NCBI GenBank assembly: GCA_963752475.1
Contig: CAVVYR010000006.1
Location: 1 to 64,000, forward strand
Origin: an uncultured Chloroflexia bacterium
GTDB lineage: Bacteria > Chloroflexota > Limnocylindria > Limnocylindrales > CSP1-4
Reading direction: 5' to 3'
Length of the DNA stretch: 64,000 nucleotides
Shown here: positions 30,497-41,942 of the stretch, piece by piece
Layout: each line of letters opens with the position of its first letter
How positions within the stretch are numbered: position 1 is the stretch's first letter
Made by a program: the position numbers and the translations under genes
The notes under the pieces: model-generated
What the model was told of the DNA's origin: nothing
The model's database searches: none
What the model saw: only the letters and a program-made list of their open reading frames with translations

Positions 30497-30836
30497 GCGA
30501 CGACAGGGGCGACGTCAACCCGCGACGACAGGGGCGGTGCGAACCACTCGCGACGATAGGGGCGACGTCAACACCCGCGACGACAGGGGCGGTGCGAACC
30601 ACTCGCGACGATAGGGGCGACGTCCAACACCCGCGACGACAGGGGCGGTGCGAACCACTCGCGACGACAGGGGCGACGTCCAACACCCGCGACGACAGGG
30701 GCGGTGCGAACCACTCGCGACGACAGGGGCGACGTCCAACACCCGCGACGACAGGGGCCGTGCGAACCACTCGCGACGACAGGGGCGACGCGAGGCCACA
30801 GGGCGACGCGAAGCACCCGCGACGACAGGGGCGACT
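30497..30836. repeat. Tandem array: 16-bp core with two alternating 12-bp linkers (56-bp period)
   Basis: About 12 copies of CGCGACGACAGGGGCG, alternating with GTGCGAACCACT and ACGTCCAACACC. Confidence 0.95.
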
Positions 30837-30886
30837 CGAGGGGAAGCTCCGGCGAGCGAAGTCGTTGCCTCGCGAGCGCTACGGGT

Positions 30887-31753
30887 CTAGCGGCGCCAGA
30901 AGTCGAAGCGGTCCTTCCCAGGCCTGAACCCCGAAGCCTCGGCCACGGCTGTCGCGTCAGCGAAGCCGATGCCTACGCGCACGTCCGTGTGCGCGTCCGA
31001 CCCGAAGGACACGGCCGGACCACCGACGTCGTGCCACAAGCGCAGCACGCGCTCGTCGAGCGGTAGCCGCGTGTTGATCTCCAGGGCGCGGCCCGAACGA
31101 GCCAGGCTGCCGAGGGTCTCGCGGTACTCGGCCTCGAAGGCGAGCGGGTCGTGCTCGCGGCCGGAGGCCACGATGTGGCGGACGAGGTAGTCGATATGGG
31201 CGAAGACCTCGAAGTGGTCGTCGGCCTCGATCATGGTCACGGCTTCGGCGAGGTAGGCGCGGACGGCCTGGGCTTCGGTGGGGCCTTCGATCTCGGCGGT
31301 GTAGAACCACTCGTCGATCGCGCGCGGCCGGCCGTCGATGCGTGCCGAGTGGAGCGAGCCGAGGATTCGCTCGAAGCGGCCGCTCGAGATGAGTTCGTCC
31401 ACTTGCGCCGGGAACCAGTGCGGCTCGCCGATCTCGAGGCCGGTCAGGATGCGCAGTGTCGGATACGCCGCACGGCAGCGCTCGACCGATTCGAAGTAGG
31501 CCGTGAAGTCGATGGCCGGGGCATGGAAGGTGGAGGTCTCGTCGACGAAATCGGCGCCCTCGCGCGGGAACATGTGCAACGCGTCGGGTGGCACGTACCA
31601 GGGCGTCAGGTCCAGATGCTCGGTGAACGCGACCGAGGGCAGGCCCAGCTCCACGGCTCGGGCGCAGGCGGCATCCATCGAGCCGCGGCCGGCGGCATCC
31701 CAGCTGAACTGGGAGTGGACGTGGTTATCTGCAGGAAGTGTCGGTGGAGTCAC
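30887..31753 (-). CDS. PHP-family phosphatase (HisJ/HisK-like)
   Basis: DNHVHS, FTEH, GLE, GSLH, AHID and GSDAH motifs. Confidence 0.9.
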   Translation of the reverse strand: MTPPTLPADNHVHSQFSWDAAGRGSMDAACARAVELGLPSVAFTEHLDLTPWYVPPDALHMFPREGADFVDETSTFHAPAIDFTAYFESVERCRAAYPTLRILTGLEIGEPHWFPAQVDELISSGRFERILGSLHSARIDGRPRAIDEWFYTAEIEGPTEAQAVRAYLAEAVTMIEADDHFEVFAHIDYLVRHIVASGREHDPLAFEAEYRETLGSLARSGRALEINTRLPLDERVLRLWHDVGGPAVSFGSDAHTDVRVGIGFADATAVAEASGFRPGKDRFDFWRR

Positions 31754-31757
31754 GCCC

Positions 31758-33152
31758 CTACTGTGCCACGGCTGCGATGACGCGAGCGAGCTCGCGCTCA
31801 CCGGTGGCGTTGATATCGAGGACCAGGCCGCGCGCTGGATGGGGCAGCTGCTGGTAGTAGCTCAGCGCCTCGCAGGCGATGCCGTCGGCCTTGAGTCGAT
31901 CGGCCACGGCCTGGTCGTTCGGCAGGTCGGCACGGATGCAGAGCGAGAGGCCGGCGTCGAGCCCGCCCACGTCGAGCCCAGGTGCCTCGGCCTCCAGTCG
32001 CGCGGCGAGGCGCGCGCGTTGGCGTCGATAGCGGGCACGGCTGAGCCGCAGATGTCGGTCGAAGCCACCACTGCGCAGCAGCTCGGAGAAGGTCGCCTGG
32101 CTCAGCACCTGCGTGCCCAGGTCGAAGGCGGCCTTGAGCTCCACCGCCGAGTCGATGAGCGCCCGTGGCAGCACCATCCAGCCAAGGCGCAGTCCGGGCG
32201 CGAGCGTCTTGGAGATCGACGAGCCGCTGATCACGCGCTCGGGATCGAACGGCTGGATGGAGCCGATGGGGTTGCTGTCGTAGCGGAACTCGGCGTCGTA
32301 GTCGTCCTCGATGACGTAGCGACCGTCGGCGGCTCGGACCCATTCGAGGAGCTCGCGACGCCGCTCGGGTGCCAGCACCACGCCGGTGGGGTAGTGATGC
32401 GCCGGGGTCACCAGCACGGCCATCGCACCCGAACGCTCCAGGTCTTCGACGACCAGCCCATGACGGTCGACGCGCACCGGCGGCGTCTCGACGCCCCAGG
32501 TTCGCAGCTGCTCTCGCGCTCCGGTGGAGCCGGGCTCCTCGACCGCGATGGCCGCTACGCCATGGGCCGGCAGGATCCGCGCCAGCACCGCGAAGCCCTG
32601 GGCCAGCCCGTTGACGATGAGGATGTCGCCCGCGCCGGCACGCAGGCCTCGCACGCGGCCGAGATACGAGGCCAGCTCGCGGCGGAGCGGCTCGTAGCCC
32701 TGCGGGTGGCCGTAGCGCAGGTCGGCGTCCGGGAGGGTCTCGAGCATGCGTCGGTGTGCGCGTAGCCACTCCCGTCGTGGGAAGAGGCCGGTGTCGGGCA
32801 GACCGGGGTTGTGGTGGATGGGGGAGGGGCGGACGGCAGTGGCCGTCGCACTGACGGTCGGCCTGATGTCGGCCACGCTCGTACCCGAGCCGCGTCGGCT
32901 CTCGAGGTATCCCTCCGCCGTTAGCTGCTCGTAGACGCCGACGGCGATCCCCCGCGAGACGCCCAGGTCGTGTGCCAGCGAGCGCGTGGACGGCAGGCGT
33001 ACGCCGGGTGCGAGGGCTCCGCCTCGTATCGCGTCACGGAGCTGCTCAGCGAGGGTCATGGACCACTGCCCGCGGGGCGCCCCTTCGACGGACACGAGCA
33101 GGTCGCGGCCGAAAGTGGTCCAGTCACAACCTTGTGGAGTGGTTCTACTCAC
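31758..33152 (-). CDS. MocR/GabR-family regulator (GntR HTH plus PLP domain)
   Basis: LPSTRSLA..SRRGSGT, TPAHHYPTG, EDDYD and SISKTLAPGLRLGW. Start is uncertain. Confidence 0.92.
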   Translation of the reverse strand: MSRTTPQGCDWTTFGRDLLVSVEGAPRGQWSMTLAEQLRDAIRGGALAPGVRLPSTRSLAHDLGVSRGIAVGVYEQLTAEGYLESRRGSGTSVADIRPTVSATATAVRPSPIHHNPGLPDTGLFPRREWLRAHRRMLETLPDADLRYGHPQGYEPLRRELASYLGRVRGLRAGAGDILIVNGLAQGFAVLARILPAHGVAAIAVEEPGSTGAREQLRTWGVETPPVRVDRHGLVVEDLERSGAMAVLVTPAHHYPTGVVLAPERRRELLEWVRAADGRYVIEDDYDAEFRYDSNPIGSIQPFDPERVISGSSISKTLAPGLRLGWMVLPRALIDSAVELKAAFDLGTQVLSQATFSELLRSGGFDRHLRLSRARYRRQRARLAARLEAEAPGLDVGGLDAGLSLCIRADLPNDQAVADRLKADGIACEALSYYQQLPHPARGLVLDINATGERELARVIAAVAQ

Positions 33153-33161
33153 AGGACCACT
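33114..33161. promoter_or_regulatory. MocR-type operator (two direct boxes plus one inverted)
   Basis: AGTGGTCC (33114), AGTGGTTC (33138) and GGACCACT (33154) between the divergent regulator and EamA genes. Confidence 0.7.
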
Positions 33162-33181
33162 CTGCCACTACCGTGCAAGCC

Positions 33182-34093
33182 ATGCAGTCACGTTCGTTCG
33201 GCGTCTTCGGTGCCATCGTGGCCATGCTCGCGGTGGGCACCGGGATCACCGTCTCTGCCGAGCTCGTCGACTACCCGGTGTTCGGTGCCCAGGCGCTCCG
33301 CTACCTGGTGGCCACGGCCATCCTCGCGGGTGCCGTGTCGTTGTTCCGCCGGCCGTTGCCCCGACCACGCGGAACGGACTGGCTCTGGCTCATCGGTGTC
33401 GCTGCCACCGGCCTCGTGCTCTTCAACATCGCCGTCATCCGCTCGGTCGAACATGCCGAGCCGGCCGCGGTGGCCATCCTCATCAGTGCCGTCCCGCTCA
33501 TCCTGCTCGTGGGGGAGTCGGTCCGCGTCCGCCGGCGCCCGTCACCGCAGCTGGTGGCCGGTGTCGTGCTCGTGGTCATCGGTGCCGCGCTCGTCCAGGG
33601 TGGCGGACGCGCCACGATCGAAGGCCTCGCCTGGGCCTTCGTGGCGCTCGTGTGCGAAGCCGCCTTCACGCTGCTCGCGGTGCCGGTGCTCGGACGGTTG
33701 GGTGCGGTCGGCGTGTCCATCCACACGTGTTGGATGGGCGCCCTCATGTTCGGCGTGCTGGCGCTCGGCATCGATGGCGCCGACGCGGTCACGACGATGC
33801 ATACCGGCGCGCTGCTGGCGCTGGCCTACCTGGCCGTGGTCCAGACGGCCATCGCCTTCTCGCTCTGGTACAGCGCGGTGAACATCCTGGGAGCTGCGGT
33901 CGCGGGCCTCTTCGTCGGCCTCATGCCCATCGGTGCCGCGGTCAGCGGCCTGGTCCCGGGGCTGACGACCGTGACCCCGGCGGTCATCGGCGGCGCGGTC
34001 CTCGTGGGGGTCGGCATCGCCGTGGGGCTGAGCGCCCGATTGGCAGCGGGGTCGCCCGAGCCCACGCCGCACACGGTTACGATGGAGGCATGA
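33182..34093 (+). CDS. EamA/DMT transporter
   Basis: Ten TM segments in two EamA repeats. Confidence 0.9.
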   Translation: MQSRSFGVFGAIVAMLAVGTGITVSAELVDYPVFGAQALRYLVATAILAGAVSLFRRPLPRPRGTDWLWLIGVAATGLVLFNIAVIRSVEHAEPAAVAILISAVPLILLVGESVRVRRRPSPQLVAGVVLVVIGAALVQGGGRATIEGLAWAFVALVCEAAFTLLAVPVLGRLGAVGVSIHTCWMGALMFGVLALGIDGADAVTTMHTGALLALAYLAVVQTAIAFSLWYSAVNILGAAVAGLFVGLMPIGAAVSGLVPGLTTVTPAVIGGAVLVGVGIAVGLSARLAAGSPEPTPHTVTMEA

Positions 34094-34902
34094 GCACCGG
34101 ACCTGCCGATCGCTACACCCATGGACACCACGATTCGGTGCTGGCGTCCCATCGCACGCGTACGGTGGCCAACTCGGCGGCCTATCTGCTGCCACGCCTG
34201 GGCCCTGGCCAGCGGCTGCTCGATGTCGGCTGCGGTCCAGGCACCATCACCGTCGATCTCGCTGCGCGCGTGGCTCCAGGCGAGGTCGTGGCCCTCGATC
34301 GTGAAGCCGACATGCTGGCCGAGGTCGCGCGGCTGGCCGCCGACAACGGCGCCTTCAACGTGACTCCGACCGTCGGCGACGTCTATGACCTTGGATACCC
34401 TGAGGGCGTCTTCGACGTCGTCCATGCCCACCAGGTCCTGCAACACCTATCCGATCCAGTGGCGGCGCTGCGCGAGATGCGCCGCATCACGCGCCCGGGC
34501 GGGCTCGTGGCAGCACGCGATGCCGACTACGCGGCCATGATCTGGTACCCGCTCGACCCACGCCTCGACCGATGGCTGGAGATCTACCACGCGGTCGCGC
34601 GCGCCAACCGGGCCGAGCCCGATGCCGGTCGCCGGCTCCTCGCCTGGGCACACGCGGCCGGGTTCTCCGACGTCGCCCCCAGTGCCTCGACGTGGGTCTT
34701 CGCCGACGAGGCCAGTCGTCGATGGTGGGGCGAGACCTGGGCCGAACGCACGCTGAGCTCGGACCTCGCCGGGCAGGCACTGGACAGGCGCATCGCCACT
34801 CGTGCGGAGCTCGAGGACGTGGCTGCCGGCTGGCGGTCCTGGCTGGCACACCCGGACGCCTGGTTCAGCGTCCTCCACGGGGAGATCCTGGCGACGCCCT
34901 AG
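34090..34902 (+). CDS. Class I SAM-dependent methyltransferase
   Basis: YTHGHH..LDVGCGPG..FDVVHAHQVLQH; ATGA overlap. Confidence 0.9.
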   Translation: MSTGPADRYTHGHHDSVLASHRTRTVANSAAYLLPRLGPGQRLLDVGCGPGTITVDLAARVAPGEVVALDREADMLAEVARLAADNGAFNVTPTVGDVYDLGYPEGVFDVVHAHQVLQHLSDPVAALREMRRITRPGGLVAARDADYAAMIWYPLDPRLDRWLEIYHAVARANRAEPDAGRRLLAWAHAAGFSDVAPSASTWVFADEASRRWWGETWAERTLSSDLAGQALDRRIATRAELEDVAAGWRSWLAHPDAWFSVLHGEILATP

Positions 34903-35720
34903 TTGCTGATCGAGCGGTACTTGCGCACTCCCAGCGGGGCGAACACCGCCAACATCACCACCATCCAGCCCATGGTCACCAGGACCGGGTACTCACCCGG
35001 GATGCCCTGGGCCGGGAACGGGTTGGGGTTGCCCCACAACTCTCGCAGCGACGCGGTCAGCGTGCTCACCGGGTTCCAGGCGGCGACCGGCTGGAGCCAG
35101 TCCGGCAGCGTGCCGATGGGCACGAAGACGTTGGACACGAAGGTCAGCGGCAGGATGACGATGAACGAGACCTGCTGGGCGACCTCGACCGACGGCAGCC
35201 GCAGGCCCAGCCAGACCCCCACCCACGACATGACGAAGGCATAGGCCAGGGCGCCACCGATGCCGAGCAGGAGCCCGATGAGGCCGGTGTTCACGGTCCA
35301 GCCCACGACGAAGCCCGAGATCATCAGCACCATGAGGATGCCGCCGTTGTAGATGACGTCCGAGACGGAGCGCCCGAAGAGCACGGCCGAGCGCGCCATG
35401 GGCAGGGAGCGGAAGCGGTCGATGATGCCCTTGTGCAGGTCCTCGGTCATGCCGATGGCGGTGGTGGCCGAGGCGAACGTCAGCGTCTGCACGAAGATGC
35501 CCGGCATCAGGTACTCGGTGTAGCTGGCGCCGCCGGGCAGGGGGATGGCGCCGCCGAACACGACCGAGAACAGCAGCACGAACATGATCGACTGGAGGAT
35601 GGCGAAGATGGCCAGCTCGGGGATGCGCGGGATGCGCTTGAGGTAGCGCCACGTCAGCATCAGCCCGTCGTCGACCGCACCTCGCAGCCCTCGGTCCGCG
35701 GCTGGTGCGGGGGCGCTCAC
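34899..35720 (-). CDS. ABC-2 permease (DrrB-like); GTG start created at the IS junction
   Basis: GIIDRFRSLPM and WNPVS motifs. Confidence 0.9.
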   Translation of the reverse strand: MSAPAPAADRGLRGAVDDGLMLTWRYLKRIPRIPELAIFAILQSIMFVLLFSVVFGGAIPLPGGASYTEYLMPGIFVQTLTFASATTAIGMTEDLHKGIIDRFRSLPMARSAVLFGRSVSDVIYNGGILMVLMISGFVVGWTVNTGLIGLLLGIGGALAYAFVMSWVGVWLGLRLPSVEVAQQVSFIVILPLTFVSNVFVPIGTLPDWLQPVAAWNPVSTLTASLRELWGNPNPFPAQGIPGEYPVLVTMGWMVVMLAVFAPLGVRKYRSISN

Positions 35721-37269
35721 TGGTGCACCCTCTTCCTGTCGGTAGTCGCAGATCGACTGCCGATGCACCCGAGGTGCCGTCGGGTCACTGCCCCGCTCGC
35801 TCGAACCTTCGAGGTCCAGCATGAGTTCCGCAGGACCCGGCGGTCATCCGGGACGCCGTGACCGTCGACAGGGCTGTGCGCCATGGCCATCACCGGCCGG
35901 GAGCGCCGATCAGTGAGCTGACAGGCAGATGCGTCCCGGCACCGAGATGCGGGTGCCTCCCCACTGGGATCAGCAGCGAGGAGGCTGACATGCAGTCTGC
36001 CAGTATCACCCCGAGTCGGGGCTCGTCCGACCAGCCCGTCAGCGTCGCCGTCACCGGTGGCGTGGACTGGGCCAGCGCCGATCATGCCGTGGCCGTCGTC
36101 GACGACGATGGCCGCCAGCTCGCCCGCGAGCGCGTCGAGCACACCGCCGCGGGCCTGCGGGCGATGGTGCGGTTCCTGGCCGATCATGGCGTGGCCGAGG
36201 TCGCCATCGAGCGTGGCGACGGCCCGGTGGTCGAGGCCCTGCTCGACGCCGGGCTGACCGTCGTCGTCATCAGCCCCAACCAGCTCAAGGGCCTCCGTTC
36301 GCGCTACGGCTCGGCCGGCAACAAGGACGACCGCTTCGACGCCTTCGTGCTCGCCGACACCCTGCGCACCGACCGGGCCCGGCTTCGCCCGCTGACCCAG
36401 GACACCGAGGCCACGCGGACCCTGCGCGCCACCGTGCGGGCCCGTCGCGACCTGGTCAGGCACCGCGTCGCGGTGTGCAACCAGCTTCGCGCCCACCTGC
36501 AGGCCACCTTCCCCGGCGTGGTCGGCCTGTTCGCAGAGCTGGACTCGCCGATCAGCCTGGCCTTCCTGGCCCGCTTCGACTCCCAGGCACGTGCCGACTG
36601 GCTCTCCCCCGGGCGGCTGGCGGCCTGGCTGGCCAGCGTCGGCTACAGCGGCCGCAAGGACCCCGCCGACCTCCATGCCCGACTGCAGGCCGCACCCCGG
36701 GGCCCGGTCGGACCCGACGGTGCCGCCCGGGCCCATGTCACCCGCGCCCTGCTCAGCGTGCTCGACGGCCTGGTCGAGCAGATCGGGACCCTCGAGGCGC
36801 AGATCACCGAGCAGCTCGCCCTTCACGCCGACGCCCACATCTTCCGGTCCCTGCCCCGCAGCGGCACCGTCCGCGCCGCCCGGCTGCTCGCCGAGATCGG
36901 CGACGTCCGCGCCCGCTTCCCCGACGCCGCCTCCCTGGCCTGCCTGGCCGGCGTCGCGCCCTCGACCAGACAGTCCGGCAAGCACCGAGCCGTCACGTTC
37001 CGCTGGGCGGTCGACAAGGAGCTCCGCGACGCGGTCTGCGACTTCGCCGGCGACTCCCGACGCGCCAACCCCTGGGCCGCGAAGATCTACGACGACGCCA
37101 TCGCCCGGGGCAAGGACCACCCCCACGCGACCCGCATCCTGGCCCGTGCCTGGCTCGGCGTGATCTGGCGCTGCTGGCAGGATGACGCCGCCTACGAACC
37201 CGCCCGACACCACGCCCTCCAGGCCATGCAGGACACCGCCATGGCGGCCCAGGGTTGACACAGGGCTAC

Positions 37270-37273
<4 letters not shown>
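35717..37273 (-). CDS. Antisense host-initiated ORF across IS110 (hed-like)
   Basis: 518 codons from the original permease ATG to a TGA overlapping the new GTG. Confidence 0.45.
35760..35925 (+). ncRNA. Putative IS110 bridge RNA
   Basis: The non-coding end contains GCATGAG (rc of target CTCATGC), ACAGGGCT (donor left) and CAGTGAG (rc of donor CTCACTG) within stem-loop contexts. Boundaries are approximate. Confidence 0.7.
35990..37258 (+). CDS. IS110 DEDD recombinase/transposase
   Basis: GVDW, AIE, KDDRFDA and GVAPSTRQSG motifs; GAGGAGG SD. Confidence 0.95.
   Translation: MQSASITPSRGSSDQPVSVAVTGGVDWASADHAVAVVDDDGRQLARERVEHTAAGLRAMVRFLADHGVAEVAIERGDGPVVEALLDAGLTVVVISPNQLKGLRSRYGSAGNKDDRFDAFVLADTLRTDRARLRPLTQDTEATRTLRATVRARRDLVRHRVAVCNQLRAHLQATFPGVVGLFAELDSPISLAFLARFDSQARADWLSPGRLAAWLASVGYSGRKDPADLHARLQAAPRGPVGPDGAARAHVTRALLSVLDGLVEQIGTLEAQITEQLALHADAHIFRSLPRSGTVRAARLLAEIGDVRARFPDAASLACLAGVAPSTRQSGKHRAVTFRWAVDKELRDAVCDFAGDSRRANPWAAKIYDDAIARGKDHPHATRILARAWLGVIWRCWQDDAAYEPARHHALQAMQDTAMAAQG
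37255..37260 (+). promoter_or_regulatory. -35 box for an IS circle-junction promoter
   Basis: TTGACA near the element end. After circularisation CACCCT would lie 18 bp downstream. Confidence 0.55.
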
Positions 37274-38265
<992 letters not shown>

Positions 38266-38606
38266 GTGGTCGATGTACCCTCTCGTTCACGGCTGGGCCC
38301 CCCGTGAAGGTTGCAGCATAGCGGCCCCACGCGATCGGCTCGTGACAGTGCCCCTTGGCGCCGACGGTGATCTCTCCGCGGATGCTGTCAGCCGGGCACC
38401 ACGGTAGTGCGGGTGGCGCAGTGGGTGTGTCCACCCGCCAGGCTTCATGGGCATCCGTCGCCTCCACCGACGTGGCGGATCCACGCCGGGCGACTTCGAG
38501 CCCGATGTCGACCGAGGCGACGTAGATGGCCGATCCGGGCGACTCCTGTAGTCACCTGTCGACGAGGCCGACGCAAGTCCAACAGAGTTCAGGTCGTTGT
38601 TGGACC

Positions 38607-38729
38607 AGCGTCGATGGGAGCGACGTGTGTCCACCATCAACGGCCCTTCGGACGCGGTCGGACGCTCGCCCAGAACGGAGGGGCTCCGCCGCGTGACTAC
38701 AAGGGTCGATAGCGTCGATGGGAGCGACG
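38607..38729. repeat. Two copies of the 19-bp hairpin AGCGTCGATGGGAGCGACG
   Basis: Copies at 38607-38625 and 38711-38729. The reverse complement matches the 45.3-kb repeat unit at 18/19. Confidence 0.75.
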
Positions 38730-38851
38730 GATGTCCATCGCCAGGGTCCGCCGTCGCGCGGGCCGATCTCATGGGTGGCACGTCGGTCCACTCATCCAGA
38801 ACGACGCATGGCCAAGAAGGCGCGAAGGAACCGGCCTGACGCGATAAGGTC

Positions 38852-41179
38852 TTGTCCGTGGTACTTCCCATCGCGGTGGCGTCGGGCTTCGTCCTGGCGC
38901 TGCTGGTCCCGCTCGTTCGCCGCTCCCTTGGCCGATGGGCCTACCTCGTGTTTGCGGCCGTGCCCGCGTTGCTGGCCCTCCTCTTCGTCAGCCTCGCGCC
39001 AGGCGTGCTCGACGGCGAACCCGTGCGCTCGACGAGCGAGTGGGTGCCGCAGCTGAACTTGTCCCTGTCGTTCTCGCTCGATGGGCTCGCGCTGCTCTTC
39101 AGCCTGCTCATCACCGGCATCGGCGTGGCCGTCATCCTCTACGCCGAGCACTACCTTCACGGCCACGCCGAGATCGACCGTTTCCACGCCCTGGCGTTGG
39201 CCTTCATGGCCTCGATGCTCGGGCTCGTCCTGGCTGATGACCTCCTCCTCGTCCTCGTCTTCTGGGGCCTGACGGGCGTCACCTCTTACCTGCTCATCGG
39301 CTTCGAGCACTCGATGGGCACCTCCCGGCTCTCGGCCCAGCAGGCACTGCTCGTGACCGTCACCGGCGAGCTGGCGATGATCGCCGGTCTCGTGCTGCTG
39401 GGCTACGCCGGCGACAGCTTCATCATCTCGGAGGTGCTGGCAGCCGGGGAGACCGTCCAGGCGGACGCGCGCTACGGCCTGCTGACGCTCCTCATCCTGC
39501 TCGGGGCGCTGGCCAAGTCGGCCCAGTTCCCCTTCCACTTCTGGCTGCCCAACGCCATGGCTGCGCCGACCCCGGTCAGCGCCTACCTCCACTCGGCCAC
39601 CATGGTCACGGCCGGTGTCTACCTCGTCTCGCGCCTGACACCGGTCCTCGGGGGCACCGAGCTGTGGACGGTCGTGCTCACCGTCAGCGGCGGCCTGACG
39701 ATGCTGATCGGCAACATCCTGGCACTGCGCCAGCACGATCTGAAGCTCGTGCTGGCCTACTCCACGGTGGGCGCGCTGGGCACGATGGTGCTGCTGGTGG
39801 GCCTCGGCTCGGACACCGCCTTCACCGCGGCCATGGCGCTGCTGCTGGCCCACGCCCTGTACAAGGCGGGGCTCTTCCTCGTCACCGGCATCATCGACCA
39901 CGAGATGGGCACCCGCGAGCTGGACCGCTTCAGCGGGCTCGCTCGGATCATGCCCCTGACCGCGGCCGCTGCCGCGTTGGGTGCGGTCTCGATGGCCGGC
40001 ATCCCGCCCGTGATCGGCTTCGCGGCCAAGGAGCTGGGCCTCAAGTCGGCCTTGGTGGTCGAGGGGTCGGCGATCCTCGTCACCGCTGCTCTGGTGGTCG
40101 CAGGGGCGGCCACCGTGGGTGTCGCGGCCATCGCCAGCCTCGGTCCGTTCACCGGTCCGCTGCGCACGGCCCGTGACGGCGGGCACGATCCATCGTGGGC
40201 GATGTGGCTGGGCCCCATCGCCATCGGCGTGGTAGGCGTGCTCGCAGGCCTCGTCCCGGCACTCGGGTCGGGCCAGCTCGTGGCTGCGGCCGCCGATGCC
40301 ATCGGCACGGGACAGTCGAAGTACGCCGTCGAGCCCTGGTATGGCGTCGATCTGGCCCTCGGCCTGAGCGTCCTGAGCATCGTGGTCGGCGCCGTCCTCT
40401 TCTGGCGACGGCTGGCCATGCGCGAGCTGGTGGCGCGCGTCGACTGGGGCCACCGCATCGGCCCCGAGAAGGCCTACGTGCTCATGGAACTCAAGATGCT
40501 CAGCTTCACCAAGCGCTTCACGGCCATCACCCAGCACGGCAAGCTGCGCCTCTATCTGCTCATCGTGGTGGCCACGATGGCCGCGCTGGTGTGGCTCGTG
40601 CTGCTGTACGCCGGCGGCCTGCCGACCATCGAGCTGGAGTGGGACCTGTACCCGTGGGAGGCCATCATCGCGGCGCTCATCGCCGGTGGCGCTGGTGTGG
40701 CCGTGACCGCACGCTCGCGCCTGGGCGCGGTGACGGCTCTGGGCGTGGTCGGCTACGGCATCGCGCTGGTCTATGTGCTCTTCAGCGCGCCCGACCTGGC
40801 CATCGCCCAGATCCTCGTCGAGTCGCTGACGGTGCTGCTCTTCGTGCTGGCCTTCTATCACATGCCCAAGTTCGGGGTCGAGGCAGGGCGGGGTTCGCGG
40901 CTGCGTGACGCGGCCGTGGCCACCGCGGCCGGCGTGCTCGTGACGCTCTTCGTGCTCGCGGCCTCGGGCACCATGACCGAGCCGGTGTCGACCTGGTTCA
41001 ACGAGAACAGCTACCCGCTGGCCAAGGGCCAGAACGTGGTCAACACCATCATCGTGGACTTCCGCTCGCTCGACACATTGGCCGAGGTGGCGGTGTTGGC
41101 GATCGCCGGCTTCGGCGTCTACGCGTTGCTCAAGCTACGCACCAGGACGCGTGACGCTGAAGGGGAGGGCGAGGCATGA
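38852..41179 (+). CDS. mrpA: Mrp Na+/H+ antiporter subunit A
   Basis: [31 protein letters not shown] and [15 protein letters not shown]. Confidence 0.95.
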   Translation: MSVVLPIAVASGFVLALLVPLVRRSLGRWAYLVFAAVPALLALLFVSLAPGVLDGEPVRSTSEWVPQLNLSLSFSLDGLALLFSLLITGIGVAVILYAEHYLHGHAEIDRFHALALAFMASMLGLVLADDLLLVLVFWGLTGVTSYLLIGFEHSMGTSRLSAQQALLVTVTGELAMIAGLVLLGYAGDSFIISEVLAAGETVQADARYGLLTLLILLGALAKSAQFPFHFWLPNAMAAPTPVSAYLHSATMVTAGVYLVSRLTPVLGGTELWTVVLTVSGGLTMLIGNILALRQHDLKLVLAYSTVGALGTMVLLVGLGSDTAFTAAMALLLAHALYKAGLFLVTGIIDHEMGTRELDRFSGLARIMPLTAAAAALGAVSMAGIPPVIGFAAKELGLKSALVVEGSAILVTAALVVAGAATVGVAAIASLGPFTGPLRTARDGGHDPSWAMWLGPIAIGVVGVLAGLVPALGSGQLVAAAADAIGTGQSKYAVEPWYGVDLALGLSVLSIVVGAVLFWRRLAMRELVARVDWGHRIGPEKAYVLMELKMLSFTKRFTAITQHGKLRLYLLIVVATMAALVWLVLLYAGGLPTIELEWDLYPWEAIIAALIAGGAGVAVTARSRLGAVTALGVVGYGIALVYVLFSAPDLAIAQILVESLTVLLFVLAFYHMPKFGVEAGRGSRLRDAAVATAAGVLVTLFVLAASGTMTEPVSTWFNENSYPLAKGQNVVNTIIVDFRSLDTLAEVAVLAIAGFGVYALLKLRTRTRDAEGEGEA

Positions 41180-41595
41180 GAGGCCTCATCCTGCCCACCG
41201 CCACCACCTACCTCATGCCCGTGCTGGTGCTGCTCTCGCTGTTCCTGCTGCTACGCGGACACAACGAACCCGGCGGTGGCTTCGCCGGTGGCCTGGTGGC
41301 GGCCGCGGCTTTCGTCCTGCTCTCGGTCGCGAGCGGGGTGAACGCCGCCAAGCGTGCCTTGCCGCTGGACTCGCGCACCTTGATCGGCCTGGGCCTGCTG
41401 CTGATGCTCGGCGCCGGTGCCATCGCGCCACTGCTCTACGGCGAGCCCTACCTCACGTCGCACTGGTGGACCTTTCCGGTCGGTGACTACGACGTCGCGG
41501 TGGGTACGCCGTTGCTCTTCGATATCGGTGTCTACCTCGCGGTCGCGGGCACGGTCCTGCTCATCGCCTTCTCGCTGGAGGAGGAGGACGAATGA
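41176..41595 (+). CDS. mrpB: Mrp subunit B
   Basis: [15 protein letters not shown]. Confidence 0.95.
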   Translation: MRGLILPTATTYLMPVLVLLSLFLLLRGHNEPGGGFAGGLVAAAAFVLLSVASGVNAAKRALPLDSRTLIGLGLLLMLGAGAIAPLLYGEPYLTSHWWTFPVGDYDVAVGTPLLFDIGVYLAVAGTVLLIAFSLEEEDE

Positions 41596-41942
41596 CCCTG
41601 CTGTTGGCGATCGTGGCCGGCGTGCTCTTCGCGGCCGCCATCTATCTCATGCTGCGCCGGTCGGTGCTGAAGCTGGCGCTGGGCCTGTCGTTGCTGGCCA
41701 ACGCGGCCAACCTGGTCATCTTCGTGGCTGCCGGGCTGACCCGCGGCGAACCACCGCTCATCGCCGAGGGTGCCACCGCGGCGCCGCCGGGCGCGGCCGA
41801 TCCGTTGCCGCAGGCGATGGTCCTGACGGCCATCGTCATCGGCTTCAGCGTGCTCGCCTTCACGCTCACGCTCATGCACCGCGTCTACCAGGAGGGCGGC
41901 TCGGACGACGTGGATGACCTGTCCGAGGCGGACGTCCAGTGA
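41592..41942 (+). CDS. mrpC: Mrp subunit C
   Basis: [14 protein letters not shown]. Confidence 0.95.
   Translation: MTLLLAIVAGVLFAAAIYLMLRRSVLKLALGLSLLANAANLVIFVAAGLTRGEPPLIAEGATAAPPGAADPLPQAMVLTAIVIGFSVLAFTLTLMHRVYQEGGSDDVDDLSEADVQ

Noticed and set aside
30497-30836. CRISPR array
   Set aside because: The linkers are only 12 bp and alternate between two sequences, and there are no cas genes in the window.
32986-34089. N-terminal extension of the 638-aa ORF
   Set aside because: It overlaps the EamA gene out of frame. The methyltransferase starts at ATG 34090 with a GGAGG SD.
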